From an uncultured Spirochaetales bacterium (GTDB lineage: Bacteria; Myxococcota_A; UBA9160; UBA6930): 64,000 nucleotides of DNA. The stretch covers positions 22,507 to 86,506 of the forward strand of contig CAZCTH010000005.1 in NCBI GenBank assembly GCA_964501435.1, in the 5' to 3' direction. Positions within the stretch are counted from its first letter, which is position 1; each line of letters opens with the position of its first letter. The translations under genes were made by a program, and so were the position numbers. This document shows positions 43,908 to 52,536 of this stretch, piece after piece. Under the pieces are notes generated by a model that saw nothing but the letters and a program-made list of their open reading frames with translations, did not search any database and had not been told where the DNA came from.

Positions 43908-46900
43908 CTACTCCGCTGGCGCTGAGGGCAGCGCGCGGGAACGCCAGATCACGTACAGCGCAGGAATCACTGCGAGCGTGAGCAGCGTGAGCGACAGCAG
44001 GCCGCCCCAGAGTGGCGCCGCGATGCGCTTCGCGACGTCCGATCCAATCCCCGTGTCGAACATCACCGGTACGAGGCCGACGATGTTCATCCCCACCGTC
44101 ATGAGCAGGGGGCGCACGCGCTGACTTCCCGACTCGAGCGCCATCTCGATCAGATCCGCTGTCGTCTGCAGGCGCCCCGCCTCGAGCCAGCGCCGATATC
44201 CCTCGTCGAGGTAGATCACCATGATCGACGCTGTCTCGGCTGCGATGCCGAGCAGACCGATGAGGCCGACCCACACGGCGACCGAGGTGTTGAAGCCGAG
44301 GCCCCAGAGCAGCCAGATCGAACCCATCGCGGCACAGGGAACCGAGAAGAGCACGAGCAGCGCCTGCGGCAGCCCGCCGAAGTTCACGTACAGAATCAAG
44401 AGAATCAGCCCGACTGTCAGGGGCACAACGATGCGCATCCGCGCTTCCATGCGCTCTAGGAACTCGTACTGACCGGTCCAGCGCAGGAAGTATCCCGGTG
44501 GCAGCACCAGCTGCTCGCTCACCTTCCGCTTTGCGTCCTCGACATAACCTCCGAGGTCGCTGCGCTCGGTGTCGACGTACACCCAGCCGGTGAGCAGGCC
44601 CTCCTCGTTCTTGATCATCGGTGGGCCCATCGTCGCGGAGATGGTTCCGAGCTGGCCGAGCCGGACCTGTGCAGATCGGCGCGGCATCCCCATGCCGCCC
44701 CCACTCTCAGCCGGCCCTTCTGCCATCCCGGCAGGGCCTGGCGGGATCCCGACGTCGATCGCGCCGCTCCGCTGAACCGGAATCGGGACCAGCACGCGGG
44801 CCAGCTCCTCCGGCGTGTCGCGCAGCTCACGCGGGTACCGAACGTTGATCCGGTAGCGCTCGCGGCCCTCAATCGTCGTGTCGACGTCGAGCCCACCGAT
44901 CGCGGTCTCCACGACCTCGAGCACGTCCATCGAGCGCAGGCCGTAACGCGCGATCGCATCTCGGTCCGGGACGAAGTCGATGAAGAAGCCACCGAGCTCG
45001 CGCTCCGCGTAGACGCTCCGCGTACCGGGTACGTCGCGCAAGATCCGCTCGAGCGACTCGGCCAGCCTCGCAATCTGCTCGAGGTCCGTCCCGAAGACCT
45101 TGATTCCGATCGGGGTGCGGATCCCCGTCGTGAGCATGTCGACGCGGGCCTTGATCGGCATCGTCCAGGCTGCCTGTTGGCCCGGCGTCGCCACCGCACG
45201 ATTCATCTCTGCGAGGAGGTCCTCGTACGTCAGGCCAGCGCGCCATTCCTCCTGTGGGCGCAGCGTGATGACGGTCTCGATCATCGAGAGCGGAGCCGGG
45301 TCCGTCGGTGTCTCGGCGCGGCCCGCCTTGCCGAAGACGCGCGTCACCTCCGGGATTTCTTTCAGGCGTCGATCCTGCTCCTGAACGAGTCGCTTGGCCT
45401 CTTCGATCGAAATGCCGGGCACGCTGATCGGCATGAAGAGCACGCTGCCCTCGTAGAGCGGCGGCATGAACTCGGAGCCGAGCCGGAAGAATGGAATGAG
45501 CGTCGCAACGATGCCTGCGGCCACGCTGACCACGAGCCCCTTGCGATGCACGAGACACCAGCGCAGGACGGGTCGATAGGCCGCCCGCAGGATGCGGGTG
45601 ATCGGATTTTCCGCCTCGGCTCGGATGCGCCCGCGCACGAGCCAAACCATGAGCGCGGGAACGAGCGTCACGGAGAGGAGCGCTGCGAATGCCATCGCGA
45701 GCGTCTTGGTGTAGGCGAGCGGCTTGAAGAGGCGGCCCTCTTGCGCTTCCAGCGTGAACACCGGCAAGAACGCGACGGCGATCAGCAGAAGCGAGCCGAA
45801 GATCGGGGGACCCAGCTCCTTCGCGGAGTCGATCACTACCCGCACGCGATCCGCACTCGGCCCGGCTTCCTCGAGCTTTCGATGCGCGTTCTCCACCAGC
45901 ACGACCGCCGCGTCCACCATGTCGCCGATCGCGATGATGATGCCCGCAAGCGACATGATGTTGGTCGTCAGACCCATTGCCGCCATCGGGATGAACGCGA
46001 GCAGCACGGCGATCGGCAGCGTGATCGCGGGTACCAGCGCCGATCGGAAGTGGAACAGGAACACGACGACCGTGGCGCAGACGATCGCCATGACCTGCAG
46101 AAGGCTCGTGCTCAGCGTGCGCACGGAGGCGTTGATCACCTCCGAGCGGTCGTACGTCGTCACTACCCGCACGCCGGCCGGCATCGCCGACTGCATCTCT
46201 GCGAGCTTCGCCTTGACGCGCTCGATCACTTCGAGCGCGTTCTCCCCGAAGCGCATCACGACGATTCCGCCGACGGTCTCGCCCGTGCCATCGAGCTCGG
46301 CGAAGCCACGGCGAATGTTTCCGCCCACTTGCACGCGAGCGATGTCGCCGAGCTGGACCGGCGTTCCGCGTGCGTCGGTCGTCACAACGATCTTGGCGAT
46401 CGCCTCGCGGCTCTGGAGGTAGCCGCGCCCGCGCACGGCGTACTCGTGCTGCGCGAGCTCGACGACGCGGCCCCCGACATCCCCGTTCGACATTCGAATC
46501 GCGGCCGCGATGTCGGAGATCGAGAGGTCGAACGCCTGCAGGCGAATCGGGTCGATCTCGACCTGATACTCCTTCTCGTAACCACCGAGACTCGCGACCT
46601 CGGCCACACCCGGCACCGAGGAGAGCCAATAGCGGAGGTGCCAATCCTGGAAGCTGCGAAGCTGCTGGAGGTCGTGCGTCCCGGTTTCGTCGACGAGCGC
46701 ATACTCGAAGACCCAGCCGACGCCCGTCGCATCGGGCCCGATCTGCGGCGCGACTCCGGGCGGCAGGCGACCCTGCAGCTTTACGAGGTACTCAAGCACG
46801 CGGCTGCGCGCCCAATAGATGTCGGTGCCGTCCTCAAAGATGACGTACACAAACGACATTCCGAACATCGTGAAGCCGCGCACCACTTTCACTTTGGGTG

Positions 46901-47126
46901 CGGCGAGGAATGTGGTGACGATCGGGTACGTGATCTGGTCTTCCACGAGATTCGGGCTGCGCCCCATCCACTCCGTGAAGACGATCACCTGTGTGTCCGA
47001 TAGATCCGGGAGCGCGTCGAGCGGCGTGGTCCGCAGCGACCACGCACCCCAGACGGCGAGCACCGCGACCGCCAGCGCCGTGAAGGCGCGCTGATGCGCG
47101 CACAGCTCGATCAGGCGCGCGAGCAT
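43908..47126 (-). CDS. cusA: Cu(I)/Ag(I)-type heavy-metal efflux RND permease CusA
   Basis: 1072 aa. The N-terminal ~140 residues closely parallel E. coli CusA as I recall it (PLDALPDLSDTQVIVFTEW..., VRGFTMFGMSFVYVIFEDGTDIYWARSRVLEYL, GPDATGVGWVFEYAL). Confidence 0.93.
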   Translation of the reverse strand: MLARLIELCAHQRAFTALAVAVLAVWGAWSLRTTPLDALPDLSDTQVIVFTEWMGRSPNLVEDQITYPIVTTFLAAPKVKVVRGFTMFGMSFVYVIFEDGTDIYWARSRVLEYLVKLQGRLPPGVAPQIGPDATGVGWVFEYALVDETGTHDLQQLRSFQDWHLRYWLSSVPGVAEVASLGGYEKEYQVEIDPIRLQAFDLSISDIAAAIRMSNGDVGGRVVELAQHEYAVRGRGYLQSREAIAKIVVTTDARGTPVQLGDIARVQVGGNIRRGFAELDGTGETVGGIVVMRFGENALEVIERVKAKLAEMQSAMPAGVRVVTTYDRSEVINASVRTLSTSLLQVMAIVCATVVVFLFHFRSALVPAITLPIAVLLAFIPMAAMGLTTNIMSLAGIIIAIGDMVDAAVVLVENAHRKLEEAGPSADRVRVVIDSAKELGPPIFGSLLLIAVAFLPVFTLEAQEGRLFKPLAYTKTLAMAFAALLSVTLVPALMVWLVRGRIRAEAENPITRILRAAYRPVLRWCLVHRKGLVVSVAAGIVATLIPFFRLGSEFMPPLYEGSVLFMPISVPGISIEEAKRLVQEQDRRLKEIPEVTRVFGKAGRAETPTDPAPLSMIETVITLRPQEEWRAGLTYEDLLAEMNRAVATPGQQAAWTMPIKARVDMLTTGIRTPIGIKVFGTDLEQIARLAESLERILRDVPGTRSVYAERELGGFFIDFVPDRDAIARYGLRSMDVLEVVETAIGGLDVDTTIEGRERYRINVRYPRELRDTPEELARVLVPIPVQRSGAIDVGIPPGPAGMAEGPAESGGGMGMPRRSAQVRLGQLGTISATMGPPMIKNEEGLLTGWVYVDTERSDLGGYVEDAKRKVSEQLVLPPGYFLRWTGQYEFLERMEARMRIVVPLTVGLILLILYVNFGGLPQALLVLFSVPCAAMGSIWLLWGLGFNTSVAVWVGLIGLLGIAAETASIMVIYLDEGYRRWLEAGRLQTTADLIEMALESGSQRVRPLLMTVGMNIVGLVPVMFDTGIGSDVAKRIAAPLWGGLLSLTLLTLAVIPALYVIWRSRALPSAPAE

Positions 47127-47127
47127 C

Positions 47128-48282
47128 TCAGTGCGCTCCGTGGGCGGGACCCGCCGCGCTGCGCAGTCGGCTCTCCGAGTCGAGCAGGAACTGCGAGCTC
47201 ACGACGATGCGCTCTCCCGTCGCGAGGCCGCTGAGAACCTCGTAGTAGCCGCCGCCGCTCCGGCCGAGTTTCACCTCGCGCGGTTGAAACCGTCCGGGTG
47301 CGACCTCCACGAAGACGACACGCCGTACGCCGGTGTCGATCACGGCTTCGTCCGGAAGCGCGAGCACGTCGCCAAGCGGGCGCTCGATCCGCACGGTGGC
47401 GTACATCCCGGGTCGCAGCGCGCCGTCGGCGTTGTCGAGGTCGAAGCGTACCCGCAGCGTGCGCGTGGGCGTGCTCAGCGTCGGCTGCAAGAACGCGACC
47501 TCTGCCTCACGCGCGCCCGGCGCCGCCGCGAGATCGATCGTGGCGCGCTGCCCGAGCGCGATGAGCGGGATCTCGTCCTCGTTCACCTCTGCCCAAACCC
47601 AGACGCGGGAGAGATCCGAGACCGTGTAGAGCTCCATCTCCGGAGCGATGAAAGAGCCCTGGAGCACCGACTTCAGCGTCACGAATCCGTTGATCGGCGA
47701 GTGGAGCACGACCTGACGACGGGGCTCGCGTGTTCGTGCAAGCTCTTCGATTTGCCGCTCGCTCACGTCGAACAAGCGGAGCCGATTGCGCGCCGACTCG
47801 AGGAGCTCACGCCGAAATGGCGAGGCCCCGGCGTTCTCGGTCGCCCGCAAGGAGATCAGGAACTCGCGCTGGCTCGCGAGCAGCTCCTGGCTGTAGACCG
47901 CAAGAATGGGTTCGCCGGCGCGCACGGGCTCGCCCGTGAAGCTGACGAACAGCTCCTCGACCCACCCTGACACCTTGCTCTGGATGCGCCGCACTTTGCG
48001 CTCGTCCGCGCTCACGACGCCGACGGTGCGGATCTCGCGAATCAGCGGGCGTACGGCGAGCTCGGCGGTTCGAACCCCAAGAAGCTGAAGGCGTTCGGCG
48101 GGCACCTCGACCTCGGCCATCCCCGGCGGTGATCCGGCTCGCGGCGTCGCTTCTTCCGCCTTCGCGGCGGGCGAGGCATGGCCGGAGTGCTCTGCCCCGC
48201 GCTGCGCCTCCTCACGCCCGTCACACGAGGTGAGCGCCGCGGCCGCGAGAAGCCATGCGATTCGTACTCTCATCCGGCTCAC
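47128..48282 (-). CDS. cusB: efflux RND periplasmic adaptor (CusB-like)
   Basis: Lipoprotein-type signal (LLAAAALTSCDG) and the MFP beta-barrel/lipoyl pattern. The gap to cusA is 1 nt, and it overlaps the OMF stop by 4 nt. Confidence 0.85.
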   Translation of the reverse strand: MSRMRVRIAWLLAAAALTSCDGREEAQRGAEHSGHASPAAKAEEATPRAGSPPGMAEVEVPAERLQLLGVRTAELAVRPLIREIRTVGVVSADERKVRRIQSKVSGWVEELFVSFTGEPVRAGEPILAVYSQELLASQREFLISLRATENAGASPFRRELLESARNRLRLFDVSERQIEELARTREPRRQVVLHSPINGFVTLKSVLQGSFIAPEMELYTVSDLSRVWVWAEVNEDEIPLIALGQRATIDLAAAPGAREAEVAFLQPTLSTPTRTLRVRFDLDNADGALRPGMYATVRIERPLGDVLALPDEAVIDTGVRRVVFVEVAPGRFQPREVKLGRSGGGYYEVLSGLATGERIVVSSQFLLDSESRLRSAAGPAHGAH

Positions 48283-49601
48283 GGCAAGACTCCCAGCGGG
48301 TCGCCCAGCGGTGTCTCCCCGACGAGCGGCCCAATCTCGGCAAGCGACGCCAGGAGCCGTGCCGTCTCCTCGGCCTCGCGAATGCGGTAGTCGAGAAGCG
48401 CAACGAATGCGCTGAGCGCAGTCAGAAGGTCCACGCGTCCCGTCGCGTACGAGGCACGAGCGGACTCGAACGTCATCTCCGCGCTCGGGATCAGCGAATC
48501 GCGGTAGAGCGACAGGAGTCGAGTCGACGACTCTGCCGCGGCGTGCAGCTCCGAGAGCTGGGCATCGACACCGAGCTCCGCGCGGCGATTCTCTCGCTCT
48601 GCGGCGCGGTCGGAGAAAGTCGCCTCAGAAACGGCCCGGCTCTGCTTGCTGCGAATGTAGAGCGGGACGTTGACGCGAACGCCGACCTCCCACTCTGGAA
48701 CGAGCTGCTTCTTGTCGGTGTAGGCGGCCATCAGAGCGAAGTCTGGGTAGTAGTCCCGGCGTGCGAGCCGAAGGGCCTCGGTCGCGCGAGCGCGCTCCTC
48801 TCTCGCTGCGCGCAAGGCCGGCGACTCCTCGCGGGCGCGGGCGCGCAGGTCCGCAAGCGCGTGCGGCGCGCGAAGCGCCTCGAATTCTGCGGTTGGCGGC
48901 AGCTCCTCGGCGTGCTCGAGGCCGAGGAGCGCGGCGAGCTCGGCCTTCGCTCTGGCCTGCTCCCGCGTCACCATCGCCAGCCGCTCGCGAATCATGTCGC
49001 GCTCGAGACCCGTCCGCAGGACGTCCTGATGCTCCGCCTGCCCGACGCTGTACCTCTCCGCAGCCTGGAAAATCAGGGCCTCGAGTACGGCGAGGCTCTC
49101 TGTTAGGGCTCGGTCCGTTTTCTCCAGAGCGACCAGATCGGCGTAGCTCGTTCCGACGCGCGCCAGGACCATGAGGGCGGTTTCGTCGCGCATTGCGCGC
49201 TCGCGTGCGGCCTCGCGCTCCGCGATGCGTCGGCGCGCGGCGCGCTTCCCCGCGAACGGGAACTCTTGCTCGACGCCAACCTCGACGAAGGAGAAATCCG
49301 AGCTGCCGAAGCTGAGACCCCAGTCCTCGTTGTGGTAACGCACGGTCACAGATGGATCCGGAAGAGCGCCTTCTTGCGGGGGCCGCTCCTGCATCGCTCT
49401 CCAGCGTGCGTCCGCGGCCTGAATCTCCGGGTTGTGCGTTCGAGCGCGCTCGAGCGCCCACACCAAATCGACACGGTCTGGCAGATCGTCGCCGCTCGGT
49501 TGCGCGGCGCCGCTAAGTGGGGCCGCGCCGACCAGGGCGAGAAGCCACAGCACCCGCCCTCGCCGCCCGACCACCCTGGACACGACCCAACGGAAGATCA
49601 A
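48279..49601 (-). CDS. cusC: TolC-family outer-membrane efflux protein (CusC-like)
   Basis: 440 aa with a signal peptide and the OMF two-repeat helical pattern. Confidence 0.85.
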   Translation of the reverse strand: MIFRWVVSRVVGRRGRVLWLLALVGAAPLSGAAQPSGDDLPDRVDLVWALERARTHNPEIQAADARWRAMQERPPQEGALPDPSVTVRYHNEDWGLSFGSSDFSFVEVGVEQEFPFAGKRAARRRIAEREAARERAMRDETALMVLARVGTSYADLVALEKTDRALTESLAVLEALIFQAAERYSVGQAEHQDVLRTGLERDMIRERLAMVTREQARAKAELAALLGLEHAEELPPTAEFEALRAPHALADLRARAREESPALRAAREERARATEALRLARRDYYPDFALMAAYTDKKQLVPEWEVGVRVNVPLYIRSKQSRAVSEATFSDRAAERENRRAELGVDAQLSELHAAAESSTRLLSLYRDSLIPSAEMTFESARASYATGRVDLLTALSAFVALLDYRIREAEETARLLASLAEIGPLVGETPLGDPLGVLP

Positions 49602-49769
49602 GACCGCACTCCTCGGCTTCTATATGGATACGCCAGGGCCGGGTCTCGCGTGACCTTCGTCTCTCGCTTTCTCGCCAACTCGCCGCGTGGCCGCGTCACG
49701 ATCGGACCCCCTAGGGCGTACTCGCGAATGGGGATGGTGAGGTCGGCACGCCAAGACGGGGTGAGCTCG

Positions 49770-51227
49770 ATGACGGATCGGCCTGCGCGCGCCCAATTGG
49801 TGCTCGTCGGGGGAACTGGCGGACTTGCAATGCAATGCCTCTTCCCCGCTCTCGCGCGGCTGGCCGAGGCGGGAGAGGCCCTCGCCTGCGAGATCCAGGT
49901 CATTGCTGCCGGTCTCGGATTGGAGTGCGATGAGGCGTTCCGCCAGCGGCTCGTCCAGTACATCCCGCGCTCTGCGCGCGATGGCTTCGCGAAGATTGCG
50001 CCGCAAATCGTGCGGCGCTCTGTCGATGTCCGCGACCACCTCTCGCTCGCTGCGCTCGCCAGCGATCTAGACCGCGCCGGCGGCGGAAAGCCGGCGTCGC
50101 GACTGTATTACCTCGCCCTCCCGCCCGAGCTCTTCGAGCCGGTCGTCACGGGCCTCGCGCAGACGCGCCAGCTTTCGTGCGAGGGCGCGCCGGACGTTTG
50201 GCGCCGACTTCTGACCGAGAGGCCCTTCGGCCGAGACCTGGAGAGCGCCCGCGCCCTCAACGGTCGGCTGCACGAGGCACTTCGCGAGGATGAGATCTTC
50301 CGGGTTGGCGGAGCGCTCCCTGCAGAGACGATTCGGAACCTTCTGGACTTCCGGTTCCGCAAGTCGGAGTTCGAGCCCGACTGGAATCGCCAACACATCG
50401 ACGCCGTGCAGATCACCGTCGCTCGCGAGGACGGGGTTCGGATCGGGCAAGGCATGTATTTCGACCGTGTTGGGGCACTTCGCGAAGGCGTCCTGAACTC
50501 CCTCTTGCCGCTGCTTGCCCTCGTCGCCATGGAACGCCCTTCCTCGCTCGACCCGAACGCGATCCGGGACGAAAGAGCGAAGGTCCTCAGTTCCCTCCGA
50601 CTAGCACCGCGGCACCGGGCGGCGGCGAGCTGCGTGCGCGCCCAATACACGGCAGGCAACCTCGGTTTCGCATCCCTCCCTGGGTACCTCGCAGAGGACG
50701 GCGTCGATCCTCGGAGCCGCACAGAAACCTACGTCGCCGTGCGCGCTCGAATAGGTTCCCGTCGGTGGCGCGGCGTGCCGTTTCTTCTGCGCTACGGAAT
50801 GCGACTCGCAAGGCGGGTCACAGAGGTCGCCGTTCACCTCCGCTCGCCTTCGCGACGCCTGGGTGGCGATGGCGTCGGGCCCCAGATTGTTCGGCTGCAA
50901 CTCGAGCCCCGGCTGACGATCTTCCACTCGCCGGTTTCGGGTCGAGGTGCGCAAGTCGCCCCGGTCGAGCGCGACGCAGGCGACCGGCCCCGTGATGACC
51001 CTGCGGATATCCGCGGAGCACTAATAGTTCAGGCGTTGCGGGGCGACGCGACCGGCTTTCCTCGCGCCGACGAGGTCGAGGCGGGCTGGCGCTGGGTGGA
51101 CTCCCTCCGAGGCAGCTGGACCGAGCGCGGAGCCCCGCCGCTCCTCGAGTATCGCGCGGGCAGCTGGGGCCCTCGAGCAGCCGACCGCTTGTTTCGCGGT
51201 CGCGGCGGCGGTGCGTGGCTTGATTGA
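49770..51227 (+). CDS. glucose-6-phosphate dehydrogenase homologue with degenerate active-site signatures
   Basis: Colinear by eye with Zwf (ERPFG, NLLDFRF...WNRQHIDAVQITVARE, IRDERAKVLSSL, VRAQYTAG, RTETYVAVR, WRGVPFLLRYGMRL, WGP). However, RIDHYLGKE is replaced by RVGGALPAE, GxxGDLA by GGTGGLA, and RDMxQNH by REGVLNS. Confidence 0.8.
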   Translation: MTDRPARAQLVLVGGTGGLAMQCLFPALARLAEAGEALACEIQVIAAGLGLECDEAFRQRLVQYIPRSARDGFAKIAPQIVRRSVDVRDHLSLAALASDLDRAGGGKPASRLYYLALPPELFEPVVTGLAQTRQLSCEGAPDVWRRLLTERPFGRDLESARALNGRLHEALREDEIFRVGGALPAETIRNLLDFRFRKSEFEPDWNRQHIDAVQITVAREDGVRIGQGMYFDRVGALREGVLNSLLPLLALVAMERPSSLDPNAIRDERAKVLSSLRLAPRHRAAASCVRAQYTAGNLGFASLPGYLAEDGVDPRSRTETYVAVRARIGSRRWRGVPFLLRYGMRLARRVTEVAVHLRSPSRRLGGDGVGPQIVRLQLEPRLTIFHSPVSGRGAQVAPVERDAGDRPRDDPADIRGALIVQALRGDATGFPRADEVEAGWRWVDSLRGSWTERGAPPLLEYRAGSWGPRAADRLFRGRGGGAWLD

Positions 51228-51265
51228 CGGGAGTCGACCGGGCGGTCTGAAGCAGCGAACAGGAC

Positions 51266-51300
51266 ACCCGCGGCGGGAGGCAGCTCTGATTGCCGCGGGT
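51266..51300. terminator. GC-rich hairpin between convergent genes (possible bidirectional terminator)
   Basis: ACCCGCGGC (51266-51274) pairs with GCCGCGGGT (51292-51300), a 9-bp perfect stem with a 17-nt loop. There is no U-tract on either strand. Confidence 0.3.
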
Positions 51301-51335
51301 TAGGCCGTTCCGAAGCGATCAGTTCAAGCCGTCGC

Positions 51336-51956
51336 TCACTGCGCCTCGATGATCTTCACGATGTCGAGGTACACGTTCTCTTCGCGCGTGATCCGAAAGC
51401 CGGCCCTCTCGACGTTGCGTACGGTGTCGCGATTCAAGTCCGGGCCAAAGCGGCGCGTGATCGGTGTCATCAGGTCGAGCAGGATGGCGAGCGGACCGAT
51501 GCGGCTGCGGACGTGCTCGAACATGAGGAGCCGTCCGCCGGGACGTAGAACCCGGCGAAGCTCGCGGAGCCCAGCGATGGGCTTCGGAACCGAGCAGAAC
51601 GTACAGACGGTAACGATCGTGTCGAAGCTCTCGGCCGGAAACGGCAGCGCACACACGTCCATCTGAAGCAGCTCGATCTTGCCCGGGTAGAGCGTCGCCT
51701 TGGCAGCCGCGCGCGCGAGCATCGCGGGGCTGATGTCGATGGCGACGATCCGCTGAGCCGGCGGGAAGAACTTGAAGTCGTTGCCCGTGCCCGCGGCGAC
51801 CATGAGTGTCTCCCCGCGAATCTTCTCGAAGAGCCGCCGCTTGTGTGGGCCGAACCGGCGGTCTTCTGCGAACGAGAGCAGGTCGAAGCTGCGGCTCGCT
51901 CTGTCCCACTTTTTCTGAGTTGCGGGGTCCACAAGGCCTCTCTCAGCGATCGGCAT
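51336..51956 (-). CDS. class I SAM-dependent methyltransferase
   Basis: The start is placed at MPIAERG. Motif I is LMVAAGTGND and the post-I motif is IVAIDISPAML, followed by RVLRPGGRLLMFEH. Confidence 0.75.
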   Translation of the reverse strand: MPIAERGLVDPATQKKWDRASRSFDLLSFAEDRRFGPHKRRLFEKIRGETLMVAAGTGNDFKFFPPAQRIVAIDISPAMLARAAAKATLYPGKIELLQMDVCALPFPAESFDTIVTVCTFCSVPKPIAGLRELRRVLRPGGRLLMFEHVRSRIGPLAILLDLMTPITRRFGPDLNRDTVRNVERAGFRITREENVYLDIVKIIEAQ

Positions 51957-52320
51957 CCACGACGACACCCCGCAAGGCGAAGTCGTAGAGCTTGATGACC
52001 GCGACCAATAGAGCTCCGAACAGCGCGCCGACCGCGGCGGCTGCGAAGGAGCTCTGTGAGCCAGCACTCATCGAGTCGCGCATCGCGAAGAGCATGCCGC
52101 CGTAGTTCCCGATGATCATGCCGGCGGTCATCGTCTCAAACATGCCCAGCACTGGCGCGAGTGCGAGGCCGAGGACGACGTGCACCCCCATGCCCACCGC
52201 CATACCGACGATCATGGCGATCACCATGTCCATCCCTGGCCACACGAAGGCGCGCACGCCGAGCGCCGTGACCGCCCCGATACAGGCGCCCGCTAGGTGG
52301 TCGCCGATCGCGAATAGCAT
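51943..52320 (-). CDS. small Met/Gly-rich membrane protein
   Basis: 125 aa starting at MLFAIGDHLAG, with a GGGAGG RBS and 3-4 TM helices rich in Met (VIAMIVGMAVGMGVHV, GMFETMTAGMIIGNYGGMLFAM). Its 3' end overlaps the methyltransferase start by 14 nt. Confidence 0.5.
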   Translation of the reverse strand: MLFAIGDHLAGACIGAVTALGVRAFVWPGMDMVIAMIVGMAVGMGVHVVLGLALAPVLGMFETMTAGMIIGNYGGMLFAMRDSMSAGSQSSFAAAAVGALFGALLVAVIKLYDFALRGVVVDADR

Positions 52321-52536
52321 GAGCGCCTCCCAGGGTTGATGGACGTAGTGGACTACGGCCCGCGAGTGTGCCGGGTGACGGACGCGCGACGCGATTCTCG
52401 TCAAGCTCGCGGGGCCACAGCGGAGCGTCGGGTTGCGCGGCCGCTCGCGTCCGCCAGCGGCTGGCACTTCAGCGAGTTCAAGCACTCTTCGGCGCATTCC
52501 TTCGTTGAGCCTCGCCCCAGTGCCCTCGTACCCTAG

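Noticed and set aside
44869-47003. 591-aa minus-strand and 608-aa plus-strand ORFs inside cusA
   Set aside because: These are alternative-frame and antisense ORFs within a gene whose product aligns to CusA end to end. Their compositions are Arg/His/Asp-rich and motif-free.
49266-49769. 5' extension of the G6PD-like ORF
   Set aside because: It overlaps the cusC gene on the opposite strand. Homology to Zwf begins at MTDRPARAQLVLVGG (ATG 49770).
52462-52478. TGGCAC-N5 sigma-54-like -24 element upstream of trbB
   Set aside because: The -12 position reads CGAGT rather than TTGC(A/T), and no enhancer-binding protein gene is nearby. It is probably chance.
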